A stretch of 64,000 nucleotides of DNA from contig JAZBPE010000002.1 in assembly GCA_036353345.1 (NCBI GenBank), positions 15,162 through 79,161 of the forward strand. The letters are read 5' to 3'. Position numbers and translations under genes: made by a program. Of this stretch, positions 26,626 to 35,974 are shown piece by piece. The DNA comes from Erythrobacter sp. (GTDB lineage Bacteria; Pseudomonadota; Alphaproteobacteria; Sphingomonadales; Sphingomonadaceae). Numbering within the stretch: position 1 is the first letter of the stretch; every line of letters begins with the position of its first letter. The notes beneath the pieces were generated by a model. It was not told the origin of the DNA, did not search any database, and worked only from the letters and a program-made list of their open reading frames with translations.

Positions 26626-29505
26626 ATGGCCAGCGAAACTCCGTCCAATGCGCCCGAAAGCGGCGGCAAACAGCACCTCTATCTTGTCGATGGGTCCTCC
26701 TACATCTTTCGTGCCTATCACCGCCTGCCTCCGCTGACCGATCCCGAAGGCACGCCGGTCGGTGCCGTCTATGGCTACACAACCATGCTGTGGAAGCTTG
26801 CCGACGATCTGGACCGGGCGGACGGCCCCACGCATCTCGCCGTCATTCTCGACAAGGATTCGACCAGTTTCCGCAACGAGATCTACGCCGACTACAAGGC
26901 CAACCGACCCGATCCGCCCGAAGACCTGATCCCGCAATTCCCGCTGATCCGTGATGCGACGCGTGCCTTCAGCCTCCCGTGCATCGAGGAAGAAGGGTTG
27001 GAGGCGGACGACCTCATCGCCTCCTATGCGAGGGCCGCCCAGCGCGCGGGCTGGGATGTGACGATCGTCTCGTCGGACAAGGATCTGATGCAGCTCGTGG
27101 GTGAAGAGGACGGCGAAAACGGGCCGGGGCGCATCGATATGCTCGACACGATGAAGAGCCAGCGCATCTATGTCGGCGAGGTCGAAGCGAAGTTCGGCGT
27201 GCCCCCGCATCTGGTGGGCGACGTTCTTGCGCTGATGGGAGACAGCGTCGACAACGTGCCGGGCATTTACGGGATCGGACCGAAGACCGCGTCGAGGCTG
27301 ATTGCGGAGAATGGTAACCTGACCGCCGCGCTCGATGCTGCGCCCGACATGAAGAAATCGAAACTCAAAGAGCGCCTTATTGAAGGCCGCAAGGATGCAG
27401 AGCTCTCGCGCGTGCTGGTGACGCTCAAGGAAGATTGCGACCTGCCTGTGGCGATCGAGGATATGCGGCTCGATACGATCCCGCCCGAACCGCTGGCGCA
27501 GTTTCTGGAAAAGCACGGGTTTACATCGCTTCTGAGGCGTCTTGATGCCGGAACGGGAAGCCCGGAACGTGCGAACAATCTCGATACCGAAAAAGCGGTG
27601 ACCAAGGGTGACGGGGGAACAGCTGACGGCAATCGCCAGCCGCTCCCCGAGATGCCGACGATCGATCGCAGCGGCTATGAGACGGTGCAGTCGATGGAGC
27701 GGCTGGCGGCATGGATCGAAGCGGCGCGCACTGCGGGCCTGGTCGCGGTCGATACCGAAACCTCCTCGCTCGATTCGATGCAGGCTGAGCTTGTCGGCAT
27801 CAGTCTTGCGACCGGTCCGAACGCAGCCTGCTACATCCCGCTCGCGCATGGCGGCAACGACATGTTCGATGAAAAGCCCGATCAGATCGCGCTCGACGAG
27901 GCGCTCGCCGCACTGCGCCCGCTTCTTGTCGACGACGGCGTTTTGAAGGTCTTTCACAACGGCAAGTACGATTGCAATGTCCTTGCCCGCTACGACGTCC
28001 CGGTCGCACCGATCGAGGATACGATGGTCATCAGCTTCGCGCTCGATGCCGGACGCCAGCTCGAAGGGATTGGCGGCGGTCACGGGATGGATGAACTGTC
28101 CGAGCGGCATCTTGGCCACACGCCGCTGACCTACAAGGAGGTGTGTGGAACCGGGCGCAACCAGTGCAGGATCAGCGAAGTTCCGCTTGCGCGCGCGACC
28201 GAGTACGCAGCGGAAGACGCTGACGTCACCTGGCGGCTCTACGCGCACATGAAACCACGTCTCGCAATCGAAGGCGGAACGCGGGTTTACGAACGGGTCG
28301 ATCGCCCGCTCATTCCCGTGGTCGCCGGAATGGAGCGCGAAGGCATCAAGGTCGACCGGGCGCGCCTTGCCAGACTCTCCGAGGAGTTCGCCGCCGAAAC
28401 CAGCGCTCTCGAAGACGAAATCCATGCAATCGCCGGGCAGGAATTTGCAGTTGGCAGTCCCAAGCAGCTCGGCGATATCCTGTTTGATACGCTGGGCTAC
28501 AAGGGCGGGCGCAAGGGCAAGAGCGGACAATTTTCGACCGATCAGGCCATTCTCGAAAAGCTTGAGCGCGAAGGTGCGCCGATTGCGCGCAAGGTACTGG
28601 AATGGCGGCATCTCACGAAGCTTAAGTCGACCTATACCGATGCTTTGCAGGCCCAGATCAATCCCGATACCGGCCGGGTGCACACGAGCTACAGCCTCGT
28701 GGGCGCACAGACCGGACGCCTGTCCTCGACCGATCCGAACCTGCAGAACATCCCGATCCGGACCGCCATCGGACGCACGATCCGCGAGGCTTTTGTCCCC
28801 GAACCGGGCAACACCCTCCTCGCCGCCGATTACAGCCAGATCGAATTGCGGCTCGCTGCGCACATGGCCGACGTCGATAGCTTGAAAGAGGCGTTCTCAC
28901 AGGGCGAAGACATCCACGCACGCACCGCCACCGAGATGTTCGGCGAAGTGACCCGCGACACGCGCGCGCGCGCCAAGACGATCAATTTTGCGATCCTCTA
29001 CGGCATTTCGCGCTGGGGGCTGGCTGGTCGACTGGAAGTCGATCCGGACGAAGCGCAGGACATGATCGACACCTATTTTCAGCGCTTCCCCGGCATTCAG
29101 CGCTACATCATGGAGACCCTCGAAAGCGTGCGCGAGCGCGGCTATTCCGAGACGCTGTTCGGCCGTAAGACCTGGTTCCCGCGCATCCGCTCGAAGAATC
29201 AAGCGGAGCGTCAGGGCTCCGAGCGCGCGGCGATCAACGCACCGATTCAGGGGACCAGCGCCGACATTATCAAGCGCGCGATGGCGCGCATGCTGCCCGC
29301 CTTGCGCGATGCGGGACTGGATCAGGTGCGCATGCTGCTTCAGGTACATGACGAACTGGTGTTCGAGTTGCCTTCAGGTGATGTTGCCGCCGCGAAACCG
29401 ATTATCGAACGCGTGATGGCCGAAGCCGCGCTGCCCGCCGTCACGCTCGACGTGCCGCTGGGCGTCGATATCGGCACGGGCGAAAGCTGGGACGCAGCGC
29501 ATTGA
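26626..29505 (+). CDS. polA: DNA polymerase I
   Basis: 959 aa. 5'-nuclease N-terminus (HLYLVDGSSYIFRAYH), a 3'-5' exo block (VAVDTETSSLD), and polymerase motifs (LLAADYSQIELRLAAH, QVHDELVFE). Confidence 0.97.
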   Translation: MASETPSNAPESGGKQHLYLVDGSSYIFRAYHRLPPLTDPEGTPVGAVYGYTTMLWKLADDLDRADGPTHLAVILDKDSTSFRNEIYADYKANRPDPPEDLIPQFPLIRDATRAFSLPCIEEEGLEADDLIASYARAAQRAGWDVTIVSSDKDLMQLVGEEDGENGPGRIDMLDTMKSQRIYVGEVEAKFGVPPHLVGDVLALMGDSVDNVPGIYGIGPKTASRLIAENGNLTAALDAAPDMKKSKLKERLIEGRKDAELSRVLVTLKEDCDLPVAIEDMRLDTIPPEPLAQFLEKHGFTSLLRRLDAGTGSPERANNLDTEKAVTKGDGGTADGNRQPLPEMPTIDRSGYETVQSMERLAAWIEAARTAGLVAVDTETSSLDSMQAELVGISLATGPNAACYIPLAHGGNDMFDEKPDQIALDEALAALRPLLVDDGVLKVFHNGKYDCNVLARYDVPVAPIEDTMVISFALDAGRQLEGIGGGHGMDELSERHLGHTPLTYKEVCGTGRNQCRISEVPLARATEYAAEDADVTWRLYAHMKPRLAIEGGTRVYERVDRPLIPVVAGMEREGIKVDRARLARLSEEFAAETSALEDEIHAIAGQEFAVGSPKQLGDILFDTLGYKGGRKGKSGQFSTDQAILEKLEREGAPIARKVLEWRHLTKLKSTYTDALQAQINPDTGRVHTSYSLVGAQTGRLSSTDPNLQNIPIRTAIGRTIREAFVPEPGNTLLAADYSQIELRLAAHMADVDSLKEAFSQGEDIHARTATEMFGEVTRDTRARAKTINFAILYGISRWGLAGRLEVDPDEAQDMIDTYFQRFPGIQRYIMETLESVRERGYSETLFGRKTWFPRIRSKNQAERQGSERAAINAPIQGTSADIIKRAMARMLPALRDAGLDQVRMLLQVHDELVFELPSGDVAAAKPIIERVMAEAALPAVTLDVPLGVDIGTGESWDAAH

Positions 29506-30578
29506 CCGATTGGCTCACCGGTAGTGTCTCTGGCATCGACTGGGCTGCGATTGCGGTATCAGCGCTGCGCGTGTTCGTCGCGGTGGTCGTCGCCTACATC
29601 GTGTACCGGGCGGTCTTCCGCGTGGTCCACAAGGTGGCGCATCTGTCGGAGACCGGAGTGGACGAGATACTCGTTCAGCGCATCCGGCGCCCGATCAAAT
29701 GGTCGTTCCTTGCGATAGCAGTCACAGTTGTTGCGCAAAGCGATCCGGTCCTGCGCGAATGGTGGGAGCCGCTTGCGCGCTTCCTGCGGCCCGCACTGCT
29801 CGGCTGGGTGGCCTACAATGTGGTACGCGGGCTTACCGCCGTTCTGGAAATGAGGATGGCCGATGCCGATCCGGTCGCAACGCGCAGTCGGCGCACCCGG
29901 GTCGCCGTACTCTCACGGATCGCCACCTTTGCGATCATTCTGATCACGATCGGGCTGATGCTCTTCAGCATCCCCTCCGTCCGCGCGATCGGCACCACCA
30001 TGCTTGCCTCGGCCGGTCTGGCCGCGCTGGCGATCGGAGCCGCGGCCCAGCCGGCGCTCAAGAGCCTCATCGCCGGCGTTCAGGTCGCGCTGACCGAGCC
30101 GATGCGGATCGGCGATCTCGTCAAGGTTGATGGCGAGGCCGGAAGGGTGGAGGAAATCCACATGAGCTTCGTCACCGTGCGCACTTGGGACGAGCGCGTG
30201 CTGGTGGTGCCGACAAGCCGCTTCCTCGATGACACGTTCGAAAACTGGTCACGGGTGAACGAGGCCCTGACCGGCACGGTCTACCTCCACGTCGATCCCA
30301 TCACGGAAATCGATCCGATACGCGCCGAGTTTGAGCGTTTCATCGAAACCCAGGAGCTGTTCGATGGCCGCAACAGCGCGCTGCTGGTGACCGAAGCTTA
30401 CCCCGAAAGCGTGGAGCTGCGTATCACGGTCAGCGCGGAGGCAATCGGCGATTTGTGGAACCTGCGGTGCGCGGTGCGCGAGCACATGATGAAGTGGCTG
30501 CGCGAAAACATGGAACACGCGCTGATTCGTCACCGCCTCGAAGTGCCGCACGGGCACCCCAAAGCGGGCGAGCCCTAG
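29502..30578 (+). CDS. mechanosensitive ion channel family protein (MscS-like)
   Basis: TM segments are followed by PMRIGDLVKVDGEAGRVEEIHMSFVTVRTWDERVLVVPTSRFLDDTFENWS. The TTG start overlaps the polA stop (TTGA); the exact start is uncertain, but no in-frame alternative preserves TM1. Confidence 0.8.
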   Translation: MTDWLTGSVSGIDWAAIAVSALRVFVAVVVAYIVYRAVFRVVHKVAHLSETGVDEILVQRIRRPIKWSFLAIAVTVVAQSDPVLREWWEPLARFLRPALLGWVAYNVVRGLTAVLEMRMADADPVATRSRRTRVAVLSRIATFAIILITIGLMLFSIPSVRAIGTTMLASAGLAALAIGAAAQPALKSLIAGVQVALTEPMRIGDLVKVDGEAGRVEEIHMSFVTVRTWDERVLVVPTSRFLDDTFENWSRVNEALTGTVYLHVDPITEIDPIRAEFERFIETQELFDGRNSALLVTEAYPESVELRITVSAEAIGDLWNLRCAVREHMMKWLRENMEHALIRHRLEVPHGHPKAGEP

Positions 30579-30581
30579 TGC

Positions 30582-32888
30582 CTATTCGTGCTTGTTGACA
30601 CGAGTAGGTTCGAGCGTTTCGGGCGCGAAGAATCCAATCGGTATCGCTTCCGCCGCGCGCTTTTTCAACTCGCCGCGCATCTTGCGATACTCCGCTTCCA
30701 TCTTGGCGGTGACGGTCGCGCGGCTATCGTCGAGCGCGTCGGCGAAATCACGTGCGGCGACTTCGGACACTTCGCCGCCGACCCGGCGCAGCGCACTGAG
30801 TCCGGCGCGTCGCACGACATCTTCCAGGTCAGCGCCAGTGAACCGCTCGGTCTTGGACGCGACATCAGCAAGATCGACATCACTTGCAAGCGGCATGGAG
30901 GACGTGTGGATCTCCAAGATGTGCTCGCGCCCCTCGCGATCGGGCGTTCCGACATAGATCAATTCATCGAAGCGGCCGGGGCGCAGTAGCGCCGGATCAA
31001 CCAGCGTCGGCCGGTTCGTCGCGCCGATGACCACGACCGATTGCAACTCCTCGAGCCCGTCCATTTCCGCCAGGATCGTGTTGACGACCCGGCCCGTCAC
31101 CTGAGGCTCGCCTTGCCCCGATCCACGCGCGGGCACCAGACTGTCAATCTCGTCGATGAAAAGAACGCAAGGGGCCACCGCACGCGCACGGGCGAAAAGC
31201 CGCGCAATCTGCTGTTCGCTCTCGCCATACCATTTGGACAGCAGATCCGAGCTCTTCATCGAGATGAAGTTGGCCTCCGCCTCCTTCGCCACCGCTTTGG
31301 CCAAAAGCGTCTTTCCCGTGCCCGGCGGGCCGTAGAGCAGGAACCCCTTGGCCGGACGGATGCCGAGCCGGCGAAACGCTTCGGTATTCTTGAGCGGAAG
31401 TTCGATGCCTTCCTTGAGCTTGTCGACCGCATCGCTGACGCCGCCAATATCGCCCCAGCCGACATTGGGCATCTGCACCATCACCTCGCGCATGGCGGAG
31501 GGCTGGACGCGCTTCAACGCCTGCATGAAGTCCTCACGGGTCACGCACAGGTCTTCGAGCACGTCAGGCGGGATTTCGCGCGCATCAAGGTCGAGCCTGG
31601 GCATGATCCGCCGCACCGCATCGATCGCCGCTTCGCGCGCCAGCGCCGCAATGTCGGCGCCAACGAAGCCATGGGTGGTGCGTGCAAGCTCGTTCAAGTC
31701 CACCCGCTCGCCGACCGGCATGCCCCGGGTGTGTATAGCGAGGATTTCGCGCCGTCCGTTGACGTCGGGCACGCCGATCACGATCTCGCGGTCGAACCGG
31801 CCGGGGCGCCGGAGCGCCTCGTCGATGGCGTCAGGACGATTGGTGGCTGCGATGACAACGAGGTTAGCGCGCGCTTCAAGCCCGTCCATCAGCGTAAGCA
31901 ATTGGGCGACGAGGCGTTTCTCCGCTTCGCCGGGCACTTGCTGGCGCTTGGGCGCGATCGAATCGATCTCGTCGATGAAGACGATGGCAGGAGCAGCCCG
32001 GGTCGCCTCCTCGAAGACCTCGCGCAGGCGCTTTTCCGACTCGCCATAACCCGAGCCCATGATTTCCGGCCCGTTGATGGTGAAAAACTCGGCATCCGAT
32101 TCGTTCGCGACCGCTTGCGCCAGCCGCGTCTTTCCAGTGCCGGGGGGGCCATGGAGCAGCACGCCCTTGGGCGGATCGACGCCAAGCCGCGTGAAGAGTT
32201 CGGGGTAGCGCAGCGGCAACTCGACCATTTCGCGCAGCTGCTGAATGGTATCGCCCATCCCGCCAACATCGTCATAATTGACGACGGCACGCGCATCGCG
32301 CGGCTCTTCGAACTCGGTCCGCAGCTCGACCTCGGTATTCTCGTCGATATGGACAATGCCTTTGGGACTGGTCGAGGCGACCGAGAGGCGGATCTGGGTG
32401 AGCGCATAGGCCGGCGCGCGCAGAAGCTGGCGCACATCGGAGGGCATGTTCTGGACTGGCTGCTGCCCGGTCGTGGCGACCAGATCGCCAGCGACGAGGG
32501 GCTTGCCGAAAAAGTTGCGCTTCAACGCTTGGGTCGGACCCTGCAAACGCATTTCGCGCTGGGCGGGCGCGAAGACCACGCGCGTGGCGGGGCGCGACTT
32601 CGTGGAGGTGATCTCCACATGCTCGCCCGAACCCGCTTCGGCATTGCCGCGCTGAAGTCCATCGAGCCGAACGACATCGAGCGTATCATCCTCCGGGTAG
32701 GCCGCCATCGCGATCGCTGCGGTCGCGCGCTTGCCCGTAATCTCGACCACATCGCCTTCGGTTATGCCGAGCGTCTGGAAGGCCGAGCGAGGCATGCGCG
32801 CGATCCCCTGACCCGATTCCTCCTGCCGGGCAGGCGCAACCTGCAATCGCGTCGTCCGGCTTTCGGTGGCAGTATCGGCTTCAGCCAT
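30582..32888 (-). CDS. Cdc48/VAT/p97-like AAA+ ATPase (N domain plus D1 plus D2)
   Basis: 768 aa. Cdc48-N-like segment ([19 protein letters not shown]...[21 protein letters not shown]). Two full AAA modules with Walker A GPPGTGKT (twice) and Walker [10 protein letters not shown] / VLFIDEIDS. Confidence 0.9.
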   Translation of the reverse strand: MAEADTATESRTTRLQVAPARQEESGQGIARMPRSAFQTLGITEGDVVEITGKRATAAIAMAAYPEDDTLDVVRLDGLQRGNAEAGSGEHVEITSTKSRPATRVVFAPAQREMRLQGPTQALKRNFFGKPLVAGDLVATTGQQPVQNMPSDVRQLLRAPAYALTQIRLSVASTSPKGIVHIDENTEVELRTEFEEPRDARAVVNYDDVGGMGDTIQQLREMVELPLRYPELFTRLGVDPPKGVLLHGPPGTGKTRLAQAVANESDAEFFTINGPEIMGSGYGESEKRLREVFEEATRAAPAIVFIDEIDSIAPKRQQVPGEAEKRLVAQLLTLMDGLEARANLVVIAATNRPDAIDEALRRPGRFDREIVIGVPDVNGRREILAIHTRGMPVGERVDLNELARTTHGFVGADIAALAREAAIDAVRRIMPRLDLDAREIPPDVLEDLCVTREDFMQALKRVQPSAMREVMVQMPNVGWGDIGGVSDAVDKLKEGIELPLKNTEAFRRLGIRPAKGFLLYGPPGTGKTLLAKAVAKEAEANFISMKSSDLLSKWYGESEQQIARLFARARAVAPCVLFIDEIDSLVPARGSGQGEPQVTGRVVNTILAEMDGLEELQSVVVIGATNRPTLVDPALLRPGRFDELIYVGTPDREGREHILEIHTSSMPLASDVDLADVASKTERFTGADLEDVVRRAGLSALRRVGGEVSEVAARDFADALDDSRATVTAKMEAEYRKMRGELKKRAAEAIPIGFFAPETLEPTRVNKHE

Positions 32889-32934
32889 GAAGAGTCCTCT
32901 CGTGCGGGCGACAATGTTCGCGGCAAGTCAGCTA

Positions 32935-32967
32935 GGCAGCCCGCCCCCGGATTGCAAACGGGCTGCC
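32935..32967 (-). promoter_or_regulatory. perfect 9-bp stem hairpin in the promoter/5' leader of the Cdc48-like gene
   Basis: GGCAGCCCG-15 nt loop (contains TTGCAA)-CGGGCTGCC, 47-79 nt upstream of the start codon. Confidence 0.4.
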
Positions 32968-33050
32968 ACCCGATCCGATCCGCGACAAGGCGAAAGGGTC
33001 GAGGCAAAGTGGAGGACATCATGGCGCAACGGGGTAAAGGCGATCCCGGA

Positions 33051-33080
33051 CAAAAAAAGCCCGGCGCAAAGGCCGGGCTC
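33051..33080 (-). terminator. orphan minus-strand intrinsic terminator in the intergenic spacer
   Basis: The minus-strand RNA reads AGCCCGGC-CUUUGC-GCCGGGCU, giving an 8-bp stem followed by six further U residues. No annotated gene lies upstream of it. It sits about 165 nt upstream of the Cdc48-like ATG. Confidence 0.75.
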
Positions 33081-33130
33081 TGAAAGTTTGGGAGAGGATG
33101 CCTAAAAGGCACCAACGCTTATGCTGCAAC

Positions 33131-33145
33131 TGCACAAATTGTGCA
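33131..33145. promoter_or_regulatory. perfect 7-1-7 palindrome TGCACAA-A-TTGTGCA (candidate operator)
   Basis: Seen directly. Related TGCAA(A/T)(A/T)T copies are at 33142 and 33169, and the palindrome GCAATATTGC is at 33293-33302, all within the AT-rich spacer. Confidence 0.45.
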
Positions 33146-33424
33146 AATGCGAAAGGCACATGTTCTGTTGCAAATTATCGAACACAAAGCATTCTTTGAT
33201 GAACTTGATGCTCGAAAGTTCCCAAGATCGGTCGGAGATTGTTTGAAAAAGGCTTTTCGCGAAAGTTTCTTCCCCCGCGGTTTTGATGCGTTGCAATATT
33301 GCCGTGCACCGGCTCGGTTCCGATCAGGCGGGTGACACGCGCAGCGCAAAGCTTTAACAAGCCACGCCAAACCAGCGATGACCCGCGTTGTCGCTTACAT
33401 CAGGTTCAGGATCGATCCGCCTCT

Positions 33425-34147
33425 ATGTCGAAACTTTTTCCCGACGCCGCTGCCGCCCTGGAAGGCGTTATTGCCGATGATATGCTTATTGCGAGCGGCG
33501 GTTTTGGTTTGTGCGGCCTGCCCGAAAGAATGCTCGACGCGATCCGCGACTCCGGCGCCAAAAACCTGACTTTCGCCAGCAACAATGCCGGGATCGACAA
33601 TGAGGGGATCGGCAAGTTGCTGCGCACCCGGCAGGTGAAGAAGATGATCGCGTCCTATGTCGGTGAAAACAAGGAATTCGAACGGCAGTTTCTTGCTGGT
33701 GAGCTTGAAGTGGAGTTCTGCCCGCAAGGCACGCTGGCCGAACGAATGCGCGCAGGAGGCGCGGGTATTCCGGGCTTTTACACCAAGACCGGGGTCGGCA
33801 CGCAGGTCGCCGAGGGCAAAGAGCACAAGCAGTTCCGCGATGCGGACGGCGTGCTTTCCACCTACATTCTCGAACACGGCATCTTCGCCGATCTGTCCAT
33901 CGTCAAAGCCTGGAAGGCGGATGAGACCGGCAATCTTGTGTTTCGAAAGACCGCGCGTAACTTCAATCAGCCCGCCGCCACCTGCGGACGCATATGTATC
34001 GCCGAGGTCGAAGAAATTGTGCCGTCCGAAGCGCTTGGGCCGGACGACATTCATCTGCCAGGGGTGTTCGTGAACCGGCTGGTGCTGGGGGCACCATATG
34101 ACAAAAGAATCGAGTTTCGCACGACGCGCGAACGGGAGCACGCTTGA
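33425..34147 (+). CDS. scoA: 3-oxoacid CoA-transferase subunit A
   Basis: Start corrected to MSKLFPDAAAALEGVIADDMLIASGGFGLCGLPE. The blocks SNNAGIDNEGIGKLL and ELEVEFCPQGTLAERMRAGGAGIPGFYT are typical of family I CoA-transferase A subunits. Confidence 0.93.
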   Translation: MSKLFPDAAAALEGVIADDMLIASGGFGLCGLPERMLDAIRDSGAKNLTFASNNAGIDNEGIGKLLRTRQVKKMIASYVGENKEFERQFLAGELEVEFCPQGTLAERMRAGGAGIPGFYTKTGVGTQVAEGKEHKQFRDADGVLSTYILEHGIFADLSIVKAWKADETGNLVFRKTARNFNQPAATCGRICIAEVEEIVPSEALGPDDIHLPGVFVNRLVLGAPYDKRIEFRTTREREHA

Positions 34148-35317
34148 ATGATCGCCCGGGGCATACAGGACAATCAGCTCGATCGCGATAAGGGAGCAGG
34201 GCATATCGGTGCCGCACGTTTGGCAACGCTGGTGGGGGTCGCATTTCTTGCACAGGGCTGTGTCGCGGCGGCGATCCCACTCGCGGCGGGCGGCCTGATG
34301 GCGGGCGCGGCGCGGGTGGAAACTCCTGCGCCCGCGCAGGTCGACCGCACGGCCAGGTTGGAGCCAACGGATCAAGATATCGCTCCTCCCCTGGTTGCCA
34401 AGAGTGATCCCCGTCCGGATGCGCGGCCCGTACCGGTGGCGAGCGCGCCGGGTTTGCGCCCGTCGTCTTCGCCGGCCGAAACCATCGCGCCGTCACCCCA
34501 GCGCATGGCCGCTACCCCAACGCCCGCATTGCGCGCAGCGCCTGCTTCCACCCTCGCGCCTTCGGGATTCGCCGACGCATCCGCGTCACCGAGCGAACAG
34601 CGCGCCGAGCCTGCACCCTCATTCGCCATCCCGACGGTGCGCCCGGCACAGCCGGCAGCACGTGCTCCTGCAGAGCGCGTCTATAGCCCCGACGTGATGC
34701 CGCAACGGCTCGCCCAGAAATATGCGCAGACGATGGAGGATCGTGCGCTTGCCGATTTCATCGAATATGCTGCGATCAACGGCGCCAACGCTCCCGGACG
34801 CGCGCCAGTTTCCTCCGCCGTACTGATCGACCCCAGGCGGCTCGCACCGGAACGCGAACGCTGTGACGGCGAAGATGAAGCGCCGATCGTCCTCATCGAC
34901 CTTGATCCCGGCGCAACCCTGTTCGACCCGGACCGGCTGTCCGGCTCGCAGCTCGAAGCCTCGCTTGCTCTGGCAACCCTGCGCCAGAGCGGTGTGGGTA
35001 TTGCCTGGATCTCGGACAACACGGCTGGCATGGCGGACGAGGTGCGCTTGGCGCTCGAGCGGTCCGGGCTCGATCCGTTGGGGGCGGACCGGTTGTTGCT
35101 GATGCGCTATCCCGGCGATCGCAAGCAATCCCGGCGTCAGGAGCTTTCGGTGGATACCTGCCTGCTTGCCATCGCGGGTGACCGCCGTTCCGATTTCGAC
35201 GAGCTTTATGACTACGTCGTCGATATCAACGCGGCCGCTCCGCTCGAACAGATCATCGGTAATGGCTGGTTCCTTACCCCGTCGCTGTTGTCCTTCGAAG
35301 GAAAGGGCCAGCCATGA
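34148..35317 (+). CDS. membrane-anchored Pro/Ala-rich protein with C-terminal HAD-like (class C acid phosphatase/e(P4)-like) domain (389 aa)
   Basis: The ATG directly abuts the scoA stop and the stop overlaps the scoB ATG (ATGA). N-terminal hydrophobic anchor [31 protein letters not shown], then about 150 aa of P/A/S-rich linker. The C-terminal blocks [10 protein letters not shown] ... IAWISDNT ... [11 protein letters not shown] ... AGDRRSDFD follow the order of HAD motifs I-IV. Confidence 0.65.
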   Translation: MIARGIQDNQLDRDKGAGHIGAARLATLVGVAFLAQGCVAAAIPLAAGGLMAGAARVETPAPAQVDRTARLEPTDQDIAPPLVAKSDPRPDARPVPVASAPGLRPSSSPAETIAPSPQRMAATPTPALRAAPASTLAPSGFADASASPSEQRAEPAPSFAIPTVRPAQPAARAPAERVYSPDVMPQRLAQKYAQTMEDRALADFIEYAAINGANAPGRAPVSSAVLIDPRRLAPERERCDGEDEAPIVLIDLDPGATLFDPDRLSGSQLEASLALATLRQSGVGIAWISDNTAGMADEVRLALERSGLDPLGADRLLLMRYPGDRKQSRRQELSVDTCLLAIAGDRRSDFDELYDYVVDINAAAPLEQIIGNGWFLTPSLLSFEGKGQP

Positions 35318-35973
35318 ACGATGTCATTTCTGGTTGGAGCCGCGACGATATGGCCGCCCGCGCCGCGCGCGAGCTCAGGGATGGCTACTATGTCAATCTT
35401 GGCATCGGCATCCCCACGCTGGTTGCCAACCACATTCCCCCCGGCATGATGGTTACGCTCCAGAGCGAGAACGGAATGTTGGGCATCGGTCCTTTCCCCT
35501 ATGAGGACGAAGTCGATGCCGATCTCATCAATGCAGGCAAACAGACGATCAGCGAGTTGCCGCACAGCGCCTATTTCGACAGCGCGACGAGCTTTGCGAT
35601 GATCCGGGGCGGGCATATCGACCTCACCGTGCTGGGCGCGATGGAAGTGGCCGAGAACGGCGATATCGCCAACTGGATGATCCCGGGCAAGATGATCAAG
35701 GGGATGGGCGGCGCGATGGACCTCGTTGCGGGCGTCAAGAAAATCATTGTCGTGATGGATCATACCGCGAAGGATGGCAGCCCGAAGTTTCTGCCCGAAT
35801 GCACGCTTCCGCTGACCGGGACCGGTGTGGTCGACATGATCATCACGAACCTGGGCGTGTTTCGACGCCCGGACAAGCAAGCTGCTTTCCAGCTGATTGA
35901 GCTAGCGCCTGGTGTTAGCGTCGAGGATATCGCGTCGAAGACCACTGCCCATTACCAAGTGGCGCTTGGCTAG
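35314..35973 (+). CDS. scoB: 3-oxoacid CoA-transferase subunit B
   Basis: [37 protein letters not shown]...LQSENGMLG contains the catalytic-Glu SENG motif. Confidence 0.93.
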   Translation: MNDVISGWSRDDMAARAARELRDGYYVNLGIGIPTLVANHIPPGMMVTLQSENGMLGIGPFPYEDEVDADLINAGKQTISELPHSAYFDSATSFAMIRGGHIDLTVLGAMEVAENGDIANWMIPGKMIKGMGGAMDLVAGVKKIIVVMDHTAKDGSPKFLPECTLPLTGTGVVDMIITNLGVFRRPDKQAAFQLIELAPGVSVEDIASKTTAHYQVALG

Positions 35974-35974
35974 C

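Larger units (their letters stand above)
33051..33160 (-). ncRNA. candidate small RNA or terminating leader (5' end undefined)
   Basis: Upstream of the terminator, on the same strand, lie a palindrome-derived hairpin (33131-33145), a small hairpin GGUGCC-UUUUA-GGCAUC (33097-33113), and an unpaired CCUCUCCC tract (complement of 33090-33097). No transcript data are available. Confidence 0.3.

Noticed and set aside
26575-28863. 762-aa ORF antisense to polA
   Set aside because: It lies entirely inside the strongly supported polA frame on the opposite strand. The translation is Arg/Gly/Ala-rich low-information sequence with no recognisable motif. This is a typical GC-rich shadow ORF.
31041-33083. 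680-aa ORF antisense to the Cdc48-like AAA+ gene
   Set aside because: It is a shadow ORF opposite a gene with unmistakable Walker motifs. There is no RBS and no recognisable domains.
33102-33370. Four overlapping 61-83-aa ORFs in the AT-rich spacer (33102..33296 -, 33119..33370 -, 33175..33360 -, 33141..33335 +)
   Set aside because: They start with TTG or GTG, or lack any Shine-Dalgarno sequence. They overlap each other, and their third-position usage is unlike the host genes. I treat the region as regulatory or non-coding RNA instead. A small foreign protein cannot be fully excluded.
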